From positions 30,001 to 62,000 of the forward strand of contig JAQTOB010000001.1 of assembly GCA_028713575.1 (NCBI GenBank): 32,000 bases of DNA. Reading direction: 5' to 3'. The notes under the pieces were generated by a model. That model searched no databases. It was not told the DNA's origin and saw only the letters and a program-made list of their open reading frames with translations. This document shows positions 8,319-15,925 of the stretch, one piece after another (positions within the stretch are counted from its first letter, which is position 1; each line of letters starts with the position of its first letter). The DNA is from Patescibacteria group bacterium. Its GTDB lineage: Bacteria; Patescibacteriota; Patescibacteriia; UBA2591; UBA6264. Both the position numbers and the translations under genes were made by a program.

Positions 8319-8612
8319 TTAATTATCGTAATAATCTTCTTTTTCTTCTCTTTCTCCTTCTTCTAAAAATTCCTCCTCTTTGGAAATCAATTTATCCCAT
8401 TTATCGCGGCCGTCTATTAGGATATTTAATCTAGCCTTAAAATCTTCGTTAAAATCTTTTAATAATTTTGGTTCTTCCTTAAATATTCTTAAAAGATTTT
8501 CCAATGATTCCTCTGGTAAAATGGGTAAAAAAATTAACAGATCGTTCTGATCATCTGGAGAAATTTTAGAAGAATTGATAAATTCCCCCAATTTGTCTAA
8601 TACTTTTGACAT
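8319..8612 (-). CDS. Hypothetical acidic protein (97 aa)
   Basis: ORF with a plausible non-repetitive composition and an acidic C-terminal tail. No recognisable motif. Confidence 0.45.
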   Translation of the reverse strand: MSKVLDKLGEFINSSKISPDDQNDLLIFLPILPEESLENLLRIFKEEPKLLKDFNEDFKARLNILIDGRDKWDKLISKEEEFLEEGEREEKEDYYDN

Positions 8613-8648
8613 TTATTTAGCTAATTCCTTCTCAATTTATAAGCCTTG

Positions 8649-8999
8649 TTATCTCAGTTTTTTAGGATGGCAAAAAATTCTAGGTTTGGTCTCTTGGTTG
8701 ATAATCTGGGGGTTTTCTTTAACTTTCATCATGGCTTCCCGACTAGTTATAAGAATCCCCATTCTATTCCTAGTCGTATGAGGATGTCTATCCATCATTT
8801 GCAAATTCTCTTGGTCCTTTTCGTTAAAAAAAACTGCCTTTTCCGGATTATTGGTCTTTTCAAGAATTTTTCTTCTTATCTCCCTGGTAGTCTGTTCTAT
8901 CGCCTGTTCAATAGCCAATTTTTCCTCCGTCTCCTCCGACCTCATTGTTGGATTTTCAAAAACATTCATATATTTATCGGCTTGATAAGTTTCCTCCAA
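8649..8999 (-). CDS. Hypothetical protein (116 aa)
   Basis: The minus-strand ORF has a protein-like charged composition. The overlapping plus-strand ORF (8646-9008) is F/L/S-rich and looks like an antisense artefact. Confidence 0.45.
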   Translation of the reverse strand: MEETYQADKYMNVFENPTMRSEETEEKLAIEQAIEQTTREIRRKILEKTNNPEKAVFFNEKDQENLQMMDRHPHTTRNRMGILITSREAMMKVKENPQIINQETKPRIFCHPKKLR

Positions 9000-9108
9000 T
9001 ATCGCTAATTAATTAAATGATATATTTATTATTTTTCTTTGTCAACTGTGGATTTCCTATCCGATTATGCTATAATACTAACATAAATTATAAACTTTGT
9101 CAAGAGAA

Positions 9109-9681
9109 ATGATTTACTCGCTCCAAGGCACCATTACGGAAAAGGAAAGGGACTTCATCGTCATTGAAACGAATGGCGTTTCTTTTCAAGTTTTCGTCAC
9201 CAGCTCCCTATCGGAAAAAATCAGGCTTGGACAAAACTTGAAAATTCTCACCTATCTGGAAGTAAAAGAAGACGTCCTGGCGCTTTACGGTTTTGAAAGT
9301 AAAAAAGAATTGCAATATTTTAAATATCTAGTGGCTATTTCCGGCATCGGTCCAAAATCTGCTCTTAACGTTCTTTCTTTAATCCGAATTGAAGACCTGG
9401 AGAAAGCCGTCTTAAACGAAAAATTAGATATCTTGACCAAAGTTTCAGGTATCGGTAAAAAGACTGCCCAAAGAATAATCCTGGAACTCAAAGAAAAAAT
9501 AAAAAAAACCGCTAATTTATCCTCGTCCCAGGGAGAGGATGATTCTTTGCTCATTGATGCTCTCATGGCTATGGGCTACAGCCTTGCTCAGGCCAGAGAA
9601 ACAATTAAAAAAGTTCCCCTGGAAGCCAAAGGAACTGATCAAAGACTCAAACAGGCATTAAAAATACTTTCTGGAAGATAG
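9109..9681 (+). CDS. ruvA: Holliday junction DNA helicase subunit RuvA
   Basis: 'MIYSLQGTI...DFIVIETNGVSFQVFV' forms the OB domain. Two HhH motifs are present, 'ISGIGPKSALNVL' and 'VSGIGKKTAQRIILEL'. Start at ATG 9109. An extended -10 (TGcTATAAT) lies at 9068-9076. Confidence 0.9.
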   Translation: MIYSLQGTITEKERDFIVIETNGVSFQVFVTSSLSEKIRLGQNLKILTYLEVKEDVLALYGFESKKELQYFKYLVAISGIGPKSALNVLSLIRIEDLEKAVLNEKLDILTKVSGIGKKTAQRIILELKEKIKKTANLSSSQGEDDSLLIDALMAMGYSLAQARETIKKVPLEAKGTDQRLKQALKILSGR

Positions 9682-9683
9682 GG

Positions 9684-10043
9684 CTATTTTTTGATTTTTT
9701 TCTCCGCCGCTGGTTCAGTGGATTTTTTTTCTTCCATAATTGACAAAATTTTTACTTTCGTCTGCCACTGCCGGTGTCCAACATTGCGATGATAACGAAC
9801 TTTTGGCTTATATTTAATCACGCTGACCTTCCTTCCTTTTTCTTCAGCCAAAACTTCACCTTCCACTTTTATTTTTAAAGCCGGTTTGCCGATTTCCACG
9901 CCGGTCTTTTTTTGGGGGTCAAAACACAAAAGAACATCTTTAAAAGATATTTTATTACCAGCCTTTTTATCTAATTTTTCAACCCGAAGCACGTCTCCTT
10001 CTTTAACCAGGTATTGCTTGCCCCCGGTCCTAATAACAGCCAT
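9684..10043 (-). CDS. rplU: 50S ribosomal protein L21
   Basis: 'MAVIRTGGKQYLVKEGDVLRVEKL' is the canonical L21 start. It has a K/E-rich C-terminal extension. The start is uncertain (10043, 10052 or 10064). No rpmA is adjacent. Confidence 0.85.
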   Translation of the reverse strand: MAVIRTGGKQYLVKEGDVLRVEKLDKKAGNKISFKDVLLCFDPQKKTGVEIGKPALKIKVEGEVLAEEKGRKVSVIKYKPKVRYHRNVGHRQWQTKVKILSIMEEKKSTEPAAEKKIKK

Positions 10044-10157
10044 TAAGCTCATAAATTTACACATAAATTACCTATTACTTACTTTTATATTTTAGCACAT
10101 TCCTAAAATATTTCAAGGTTCGGCATCTTTTTAAAACGCCCTATGTCCAAAAAATAC

Positions 10158-10646
10158 TTATCTTTTTTTATCCACCGCTCTTTCATTTCTGATTAATATA
10201 TCGGCAAGTCTCTTCTCCCGTATCTCAAACGCCCTATCCGGACGATACACAAAAACCCTTAAATCTATTTTTGAAAAAGGCAACCCGAATTTTTTTGCTT
10301 TTACTTCTATCGCGGAATCTCTAGTATAAACATCTTCAGCGGTTAAAATAAGCACTTCGCCGGATTCAGGAAATTCCGACTTAAATTCTAGGGTGTCAAT
10401 ACTCCCGCACCATTTTATTCTGGTCCCGTTTTCCATCAAGCCTCTCCCCAGCCGACTTGAAACTGTCGTCTTCCCGGCGTCAAAACTACCCCCAATAACG
10501 GCGACGATTACACTCCCATGATTCTTTAATAAATCTAAAATTCTGGAAATGCTTTCTTTTACGCCCTCTTCAAAGGAATATTCCCTTGACTCAAATTGTT
10601 CATTTATCCGTTCAGGTTGTTTCATTTGACTCATTATAATAATCAA
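10158..10646 (-). CDS. Small P-loop NTPase-like protein (162 aa), function unknown
   Basis: Walker A-like 'GGSFDAGKTT' (GxxxxGKT) and a possible Walker B 'EVLILTAED'. It is the last gene of the minus-strand rpmH-to-clp-like gene string. Confidence 0.5.
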   Translation of the reverse strand: MIIIMSQMKQPERINEQFESREYSFEEGVKESISRILDLLKNHGSVIVAVIGGSFDAGKTTVSSRLGRGLMENGTRIKWCGSIDTLEFKSEFPESGEVLILTAEDVYTRDSAIEVKAKKFGLPFSKIDLRVFVYRPDRAFEIREKRLADILIRNERAVDKKR

Positions 10647-10737
10647 TCCTAAAGACCATAAAATACTTTACTTCCCCTTCTTCTTCTAATCAATCGGCTT
10701 CAAGCTTAATTTTTCAATCTCCGAAATAAATAAATTT

Positions 10738-13482
10738 CTATAAACTCTCTGCCTTTTCCACTCTCATTTTCCCTCCCTTTTCTAAAACCACCACGTCCCG
10801 ACGATTAATCTTGCCGGTCAAAAGGGATTTTGCTAAAATGTCGCTTACTCTATTCTGAATTACTCTATTTAACGGTCGAGCGCCGAAGGCCGGATCAAAA
10901 CCTTCTTCAGCCAGTTCTTTAACAGCTTCTTCTGTTACTTTTAGAATAATGCCTTTTTCTTCCAGTTGTTTAGTTAATTTCTTCAAGAGCAACTTGGCAA
11001 TTTGTTTTATTTCTTCCATCCCTAATGGTTTAAAAACAATCACACCATCAAAACGATTTAAAAACTCCGGACGAAAATATGGTTTTAATTTTTCCCTGAT
11101 TAGAATTTCGGTAATTATTTCTACTGATGTTTGTTTATTGATTTCTTCTTGAATAAAATCCGTACCGGCGTTTGATGTCCCGATAATAATCATATTGGTA
11201 AAATCAATAGTCCGGCCCAAGGCATCAGTCAATCGACCATCGTCCATTACTTGTAAAAAAACATTTAAAATATCAGGGTGGGCCTTTTCTATTTCATCAA
11301 GCAGAAGAATAGAAGAAGGATTTAAGCGAACTTCTTCGGTTAGTAATCCTCCCTTTTCTCCTCCTGGAACGCCAATTAAACGATTAATACTTGATTTCTC
11401 TTGATATTCACTCATATCTAAACGAATCATTCTGTTTTCATCTCCAAAATATACATCTGCTACGGTCTTTGCCAATTCTGTTTTTCCTACGCCAGTTGGT
11501 CCAAGAAAAAGCAAATTAACAATCGGTTTTTTCTGGCTTCTCAACTCTGTTCTCGCTCTCCTTAGAGCCGAGGAAACCATACCAACCGCTTCATTCTGGT
11601 CAATCAAGCGCTGGTGAATCTGGTCTTCCAAATTCAATAATTTTTCCGTTTCTTTCTCCGTAATCTTATTAACCGGAATCTTTGTTCTTTCCGCTACCAA
11701 ACTGGCGATATCTTCACCCTGAACAATACTTTTTTTGCCTCTTTTGTTTTTAACCGCAATTGCCGCATCTTTTATAAGATTAATGGCCTTTTGGGGCAAA
11801 AATTGCTCGTGCAAATAACGCGTTGATAAATCAACTGCTTGATTTAAGGCATTATAAGAAAAATAAATATTTTCTTTAGCCTCAATAAACGCAGCTTGCG
11901 TTTCTAAAATTTGAATGCTTATATTTTTTCCCGGCTCTTCCACGTTTATTTTTTTAAAAACTTCATCTAAAGATTGGCCTTCAATTAAACGCCGATATTC
12001 CCCTGGCGTAGAAGTGGCAAGAATAAAAAATAAATTCTGTTTTAAAATGCTAACCAAAATTTCTGAAATATCCAGTTCTCCTTCGGTTGTTTTAACTCCA
12101 ATCATATTATGAATGTCTTTAACAAAAAGGATAATATTGCCTGAGCGAGCAACTTCGCTCAAAATAATCTGCAATCTTTGTTCAATTTCTCCCGGTCGCG
12201 AAGCACCGGCCACTAAACTTGGCAAATCAAGGCTAACCAGCCTTTTGTCCTGTAAAATCCGAGGGACATCCTCCGACACCATTCTTCTGGCTAAACCATT
12301 GATAATCGTGGTTTTCCCCACTCCAGGTTGACCAACTAAAATTACGCCCGTCCGGCCGCTTTCTACTGCTTGAAAAATTTGTTCTGTTTCTTCGTCTCGG
12401 TCCGTACAAATTCCCAAATAGCCACTTCGAGCCAATTGTGTTAAATCTTGACTGTGCGTATCCAGGTTTGGCGTGGCAATGGCCGTATAAGAACGATTAA
12501 TCGGCCCTTTTGGTTTAAATTTTGCCTGCCGAAAAAAATGATTTTGATAAGTTCTCAATTCTTTATAGACGGCAATCCAAAGGCAAACATTTTTTATTTC
12601 ATTAAAACCAACTTCAAAATCATAAAAAATCTCCTTAACCGGACCCTCAAATTCAACCAAAGCCTGTAATATTTCTAAGGATGATAGGCTATTACTTTTA
12701 TTTTCTCCCGCTAAACCATAAGCCATTAAAAGAACTTTTTGTGCTTCCAGACTATAAAAAATATTTTTCTTTTTTTTCTTGGGGATTCTACTCAAAACTT
12801 TAGCTATTTTATTATTTAAGGCGTCCCATTTTAAACCTAAACGATTGATTACTGAGGCGGTTTCTAAAATTTGTAAACAACCAACCAACAAATGGATTGG
12901 TTCAATTTGCTGATGTTTTAACTTATGGGCTAATTTCCTGGCCCTTTGAACAACTTTAACGGATTCTTGAGAAAAAACATTAGCAATATCTATTTTAAAT
13001 TTTCGCGCCAAACGATGAGCCTGCTCCCAAGTGTCGGGAATCTTAACGTCTGTTCTAAAAGATTTGGGCCAATTCTTCCTTTTTTTGCCTTGTTCTTTCT
13101 CTAAAATATAAATAAAAAAACAATCCGTTAAAATTGATGTCCAAAATATTAAAAGAAGTTTTTCTGATTTAAAATTTAAAATGTAAATTTGGTCTAACCC
13201 ATTGATAATAAATTCCGGAGCGACTACTCCCGGAAATTCTAAGATGATTTTAGCCAAAATAAGAATGCCCCAAAGCCCCAAAAAAATCAATAAAATTTTA
13301 ATAATAATTTTTAAAATTTTATTTAGAAAATTGCCTATTACTTCCGGTCGATCAAAAATTTTATCTAAAAACAAAAGATGGCCGCCGAACCAAGCATAAA
13401 CTTCACGGTTATGGCAATTTGGGCATTTATTTTTCTGTGCCTGCCCCCTGCCTTTACAAATAGGACAAATGATAAACTCCAT
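10738..13482 (-). CDS. Hsp100/Clp-family double-AAA+ protein with N-terminal zinc ribbon and two TM helices; degenerate D1, no M-domain
   Basis: N-terminal 'CPICKGRG...CPNC', then two hydrophobic segments and Clp_N-like repeats. D1 Walker A is 'GQPGVGKT'. D2 has 'GPTGVGKT', 'LLLDEIEKAH' and 'GARPLNR'. See findings for the missing motifs. Confidence 0.85.
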   Translation of the reverse strand: MEFIICPICKGRGQAQKNKCPNCHNREVYAWFGGHLLFLDKIFDRPEVIGNFLNKILKIIIKILLIFLGLWGILILAKIILEFPGVVAPEFIINGLDQIYILNFKSEKLLLIFWTSILTDCFFIYILEKEQGKKRKNWPKSFRTDVKIPDTWEQAHRLARKFKIDIANVFSQESVKVVQRARKLAHKLKHQQIEPIHLLVGCLQILETASVINRLGLKWDALNNKIAKVLSRIPKKKKKNIFYSLEAQKVLLMAYGLAGENKSNSLSSLEILQALVEFEGPVKEIFYDFEVGFNEIKNVCLWIAVYKELRTYQNHFFRQAKFKPKGPINRSYTAIATPNLDTHSQDLTQLARSGYLGICTDRDEETEQIFQAVESGRTGVILVGQPGVGKTTIINGLARRMVSEDVPRILQDKRLVSLDLPSLVAGASRPGEIEQRLQIILSEVARSGNIILFVKDIHNMIGVKTTEGELDISEILVSILKQNLFFILATSTPGEYRRLIEGQSLDEVFKKINVEEPGKNISIQILETQAAFIEAKENIYFSYNALNQAVDLSTRYLHEQFLPQKAINLIKDAAIAVKNKRGKKSIVQGEDIASLVAERTKIPVNKITEKETEKLLNLEDQIHQRLIDQNEAVGMVSSALRRARTELRSQKKPIVNLLFLGPTGVGKTELAKTVADVYFGDENRMIRLDMSEYQEKSSINRLIGVPGGEKGGLLTEEVRLNPSSILLLDEIEKAHPDILNVFLQVMDDGRLTDALGRTIDFTNMIIIGTSNAGTDFIQEEINKQTSVEIITEILIREKLKPYFRPEFLNRFDGVIVFKPLGMEEIKQIAKLLLKKLTKQLEEKGIILKVTEEAVKELAEEGFDPAFGARPLNRVIQNRVSDILAKSLLTGKINRRDVVVLEKGGKMRVEKAESL

Positions 13483-13522
13483 AAATACTTTATTAAATTC
13501 AAAACAAAATGATTTTTATTGT

Positions 13523-13882
13523 TTATTTTAGTAAAACAATAATTTGCCACATTGCAATAATCGGCAATATTATCCAAATGACTAATAAAGCGAACCGGCT
13601 GACCGTTCCCAAAACAAACAAAAAAAGACGCCAGACCAAAAGAATCAAGCGCATAAAAAAACTGATAATTCTCCCTGATTTTGAACGTTCTCCAAACATG
13701 GGCTTAAAAAGATGAGTAATCATCAGTTTTAAGGCTAAGTTACGAAATAAATTGATTGTTCCTTGTCTAAATTCAGTTATTCTTTTTTTAAGACCAAAAG
13801 AATACCACCAAATCGGAAAATAAAGAACATTAATTAATGCTTTATAAAACGTTGATTTAAAAATAGCAATAAAAAAGGACAT
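13523..13882 (-). CDS. Hypothetical integral membrane protein (119 aa)
   Basis: Contains several hydrophobic segments ('VLYFPIWWYSF', 'LILLVWRLFLFVLG', 'LLVIWIILPIIAMW'). Same strand as yidC and the clp-like gene. Confidence 0.5.
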   Translation of the reverse strand: MSFFIAIFKSTFYKALINVLYFPIWWYSFGLKKRITEFRQGTINLFRNLALKLMITHLFKPMFGERSKSGRIISFFMRLILLVWRLFLFVLGTVSRFALLVIWIILPIIAMWQIIVLLK

Positions 13883-13891
13883 ATAAAATGT

Positions 13892-14152
13892 TTAACTCGC
13901 AGGGTCAGAAGCCAATTCTTTTATTTCTTTTAAAATATCTTTTACTAATATTTTTTTACGAGAAACGAAAATTATCTGATTGACGTCAATAATTAAACAT
14001 CCTTGAAATAAATTTTTAAAGGGATTGCTACTCTTAACTAAAATTTTTTGAATCTGATATGATTCGTTATTAATTTCTAAGTCAACAACCCGTCCCAAAC
14101 AATGACCGGATTGAGTATAAACTGGCAAATTAATTATTTGAACCGACTCCAT
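13892..14152 (-). CDS. PRC-barrel-like small protein (YlmC/YmxH-like)
   Basis: 'VYTQSGHCLGRVVDLEINNESYQIQKILV' resembles PRC-barrel proteins. ATG 14152 lies 1 nt after the yidC stop, which suggests translational coupling. It occupies the position usually held by jag/khpB. Confidence 0.5.
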   Translation of the reverse strand: MESVQIINLPVYTQSGHCLGRVVDLEINNESYQIQKILVKSSNPFKNLFQGCLIIDVNQIIFVSRKKILVKDILKEIKELASDPAS

Positions 14153-14153
14153 A

Positions 14154-14876
14154 TTAAATTGCAACTTTTTTTTTAAAAGCAATTTTTTGTTCAAAAATCG
14201 TGATTAAAACGCTAACCAACCAATAAAGCATTAAACCGCTAGGCAGGGTTAAACCAATAAAAAAAGTCATTATCGGCATCATAAATTTCATTTGTTTATT
14301 CATAATAGACATCATGTTTTCATCTTTGGCTTCTTTTTGTTTAATCATTTCTTTAACTGGCTGATTGTCGGCTAAAACTTTTATCTGTAAATATTGAAGA
14401 ACACTTGTGACTAAAGCTAAAATAAAATTCGGCTTAGATAGGTTTAAAATACCAAAAGCCATAACATTTAAAGTTCCGGGATTATGAATAAAAGAATAAA
14501 TGGGTAAAGAAGCGTTTGTTAGCCCAACGCGGAAAACTTGAAAAACTGCAATTAAAATAGGAAATTGAATTAATAAAGGCAAACAAGAAGAAAGGGGGTT
14601 TATTTTATTTTCTTTATAAATCATCATCATTGCCTGTGCTTGCTTGTCTTTTTGGTTGGCGTACTTTTTTTTAATTTCTTCTATCTTTGGTTGTAAATCC
14701 TTTAATGATTTTTGGGCTTTAATTGATTGGCGAGATAAAGGAAAAAGTATTAATTTGACTATCAAAGTCAAAAAAATAATAGCCACTCCTAAATCATGAC
14801 CCGGAATTAAATTATAGAAAACCACCAAAAGGTTTAATAATGGTTGATAAAGAATTGTTTTAAAAAATTCAATCAT
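14154..14876 (-). CDS. yidC: Membrane protein insertase YidC (short form)
   Basis: 'LGVAIIFLTLIVKLILFPLSRQSIKAQKSLKDLQPKIEEIKKKY' and 'SCLPLLIQFPILIAVF' are typical of YidC/Oxa1. Start set at ATG 14876. The track start at 14927 lies inside a repeat/promoter tract. Confidence 0.85.
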   Translation of the reverse strand: MIEFFKTILYQPLLNLLVVFYNLIPGHDLGVAIIFLTLIVKLILFPLSRQSIKAQKSLKDLQPKIEEIKKKYANQKDKQAQAMMMIYKENKINPLSSCLPLLIQFPILIAVFQVFRVGLTNASLPIYSFIHNPGTLNVMAFGILNLSKPNFILALVTSVLQYLQIKVLADNQPVKEMIKQKEAKDENMMSIMNKQMKFMMPIMTFFIGLTLPSGLMLYWLVSVLITIFEQKIAFKKKVAI

Positions 14877-14906
14877 ATTTTCTCGCCAATGCTCAGTCAA
14901 ATGCAA

Positions 14907-14935
14907 AATATAAATTTCAAAATGCAAAATGACAA
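14907..14935 (-). promoter_or_regulatory. Putative promoter for yidC
   Basis: On the minus strand: TTGTCA (14930-14935), 17-nt spacer, TATATT (14907-14912). It is embedded in the CAAAAT-type repeat tract 14897-14947. Confidence 0.35.
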
Positions 14936-14962
14936 TGTAAAAATTTTTTAAATTTTAAACTT

Positions 14963-15211
14963 TTATGGTTCGTCCCATCCTCCCTTGGCCCAAGGATGAC
15001 AACGAAAAACTCTTCCAACTGCTTTAATCCCTCCCTTTATGAGTCCGTATTTCTCAATGGCCTGATAGGCATATTCCGAACAAGTCGGCTGAAACTTACA
15101 GACACCGGGCCAAGGATGTAACAAAGAAAACGGTCCATGGTCGGGAGAAAGTGTTTTTTGATAAAGACGAATTAATTTTAAAACCAACAGCTTTAACCAA
15201 GTAAATGCCAT
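14963..15211 (-). CDS. yidD: Membrane protein insertion efficiency factor YidD
   Basis: 'CKFQPTCSEYAYQAIEKYGLIKGGIKAVGRVFRCHPW..GGWDEP' is the YidD signature. Confidence 0.9.
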   Translation of the reverse strand: MAFTWLKLLVLKLIRLYQKTLSPDHGPFSLLHPWPGVCKFQPTCSEYAYQAIEKYGLIKGGIKAVGRVFRCHPWAKGGWDEP

Positions 15212-15213
15212 TT

Positions 15214-15555
15214 TTATTGAATTAATCCTCCTTTTTTAAAAATTTTTAAAATTGCGCTTTCTATTTGTTGAAAATCTAATTCTTTAATCTTTGGTCGCGT
15301 GAGAATTAAAAAATCATACCCTAAAACAAACTGTAGTAAATATTTTTTTAAAATGGCCCTAATTCTTCTTTTGATTTTATTGCGCATTACCGCCCTTTTA
15401 TCAACTTTTAAAGAAACCGTAATGCCAAAACGAGAATAATTTAGATCATTTTTAATCCATTTTAAACTGACTTCTTGACCAAAAATCATTTTCCCTTTTT
15501 GCGCTACTCTCGCAAAATCATTATTTTTAACCAAGCGATATTTCTTGGGTAACAT
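15214..15555 (-). CDS. rnpA: Ribonuclease P protein component
   Basis: The position between rpmH and yidD, 'KKYRLVKNNDFARV' and the basic 'RNKIKRRIR' motif all fit RnpA. Confidence 0.85.
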   Translation of the reverse strand: MLPKKYRLVKNNDFARVAQKGKMIFGQEVSLKWIKNDLNYSRFGITVSLKVDKRAVMRNKIKRRIRAILKKYLLQFVLGYDFLILTRPKIKELDFQQIESAILKIFKKGGLIQ

Positions 15556-15559
15556 AAAA

Positions 15560-15697
15560 TCAAGGCGTCAATTTTTTTCTTGACCTTGCTCTTCTTTTCT
15601 TTAAAACATTTCTTCCGGCCTTGGTTTGCATTCTTTTACGAAAACCATGTGTTTTAGCTCTTTTTCTTTTTTTTGGTTGATATGTTCTTTTGGGCAT
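15560..15697 (-). CDS. rpmH: 50S ribosomal protein L34
   Basis: Not in the ORF track (45 aa). Hand translation gives '[45 protein letters not shown]'. A GGAG Shine-Dalgarno sequence lies about 8 nt upstream. Confidence 0.9.
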   Translation of the reverse strand: MPKRTYQPKKRKRAKTHGFRKRMQTKAGRNVLKKRRARSRKKLTP

Positions 15698-15722
15698 AGG
15701 CGCTCCACTAAATTTAAAATTA

Positions 15723-15743
15723 AAAAATCAAAAATCAAAATGA
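15723..15743 (-). promoter_or_regulatory. Conserved 21-nt leader motif upstream of rpmH
   Basis: Identical 21-mer to 8241-8261, located 25 nt upstream of the rpmH ATG. Confidence 0.5.
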
Positions 15744-15925
15744 CGTATTAAAAAACAAAAATTTCTTTAATTTCTATTTTACGTTTCAATTTTTAAGTTT
15801 ATTATATCACAAATATTTAAATTAGCCCAGTGTGTATTAATTTTGCTATCATATAGATATTGGACACCTAATCTTATGGTTTCTATGCCGTGCTTCATGT
15901 TTCAATGTTGCTGTGTTCTAATGGT

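Noticed and set aside
8575-9008. Plus-strand ORFs 8575-8781 and 8646-9008.
   Set aside because: Their F/L/S/I-rich low-complexity translations lie antisense to the more protein-like minus-strand ORFs. They are treated as shadows.
15698-15925. Possible oriC/dnaA region, because rpmH-rnpA-yidD-yidC usually neighbours dnaA.
   Set aside because: No dnaA gene is in the window, because rny lies upstream of rpmH. I found no cluster of TTATCCACA-like boxes here. Only isolated one-mismatch boxes occur elsewhere, for example near 10170 and 18170.
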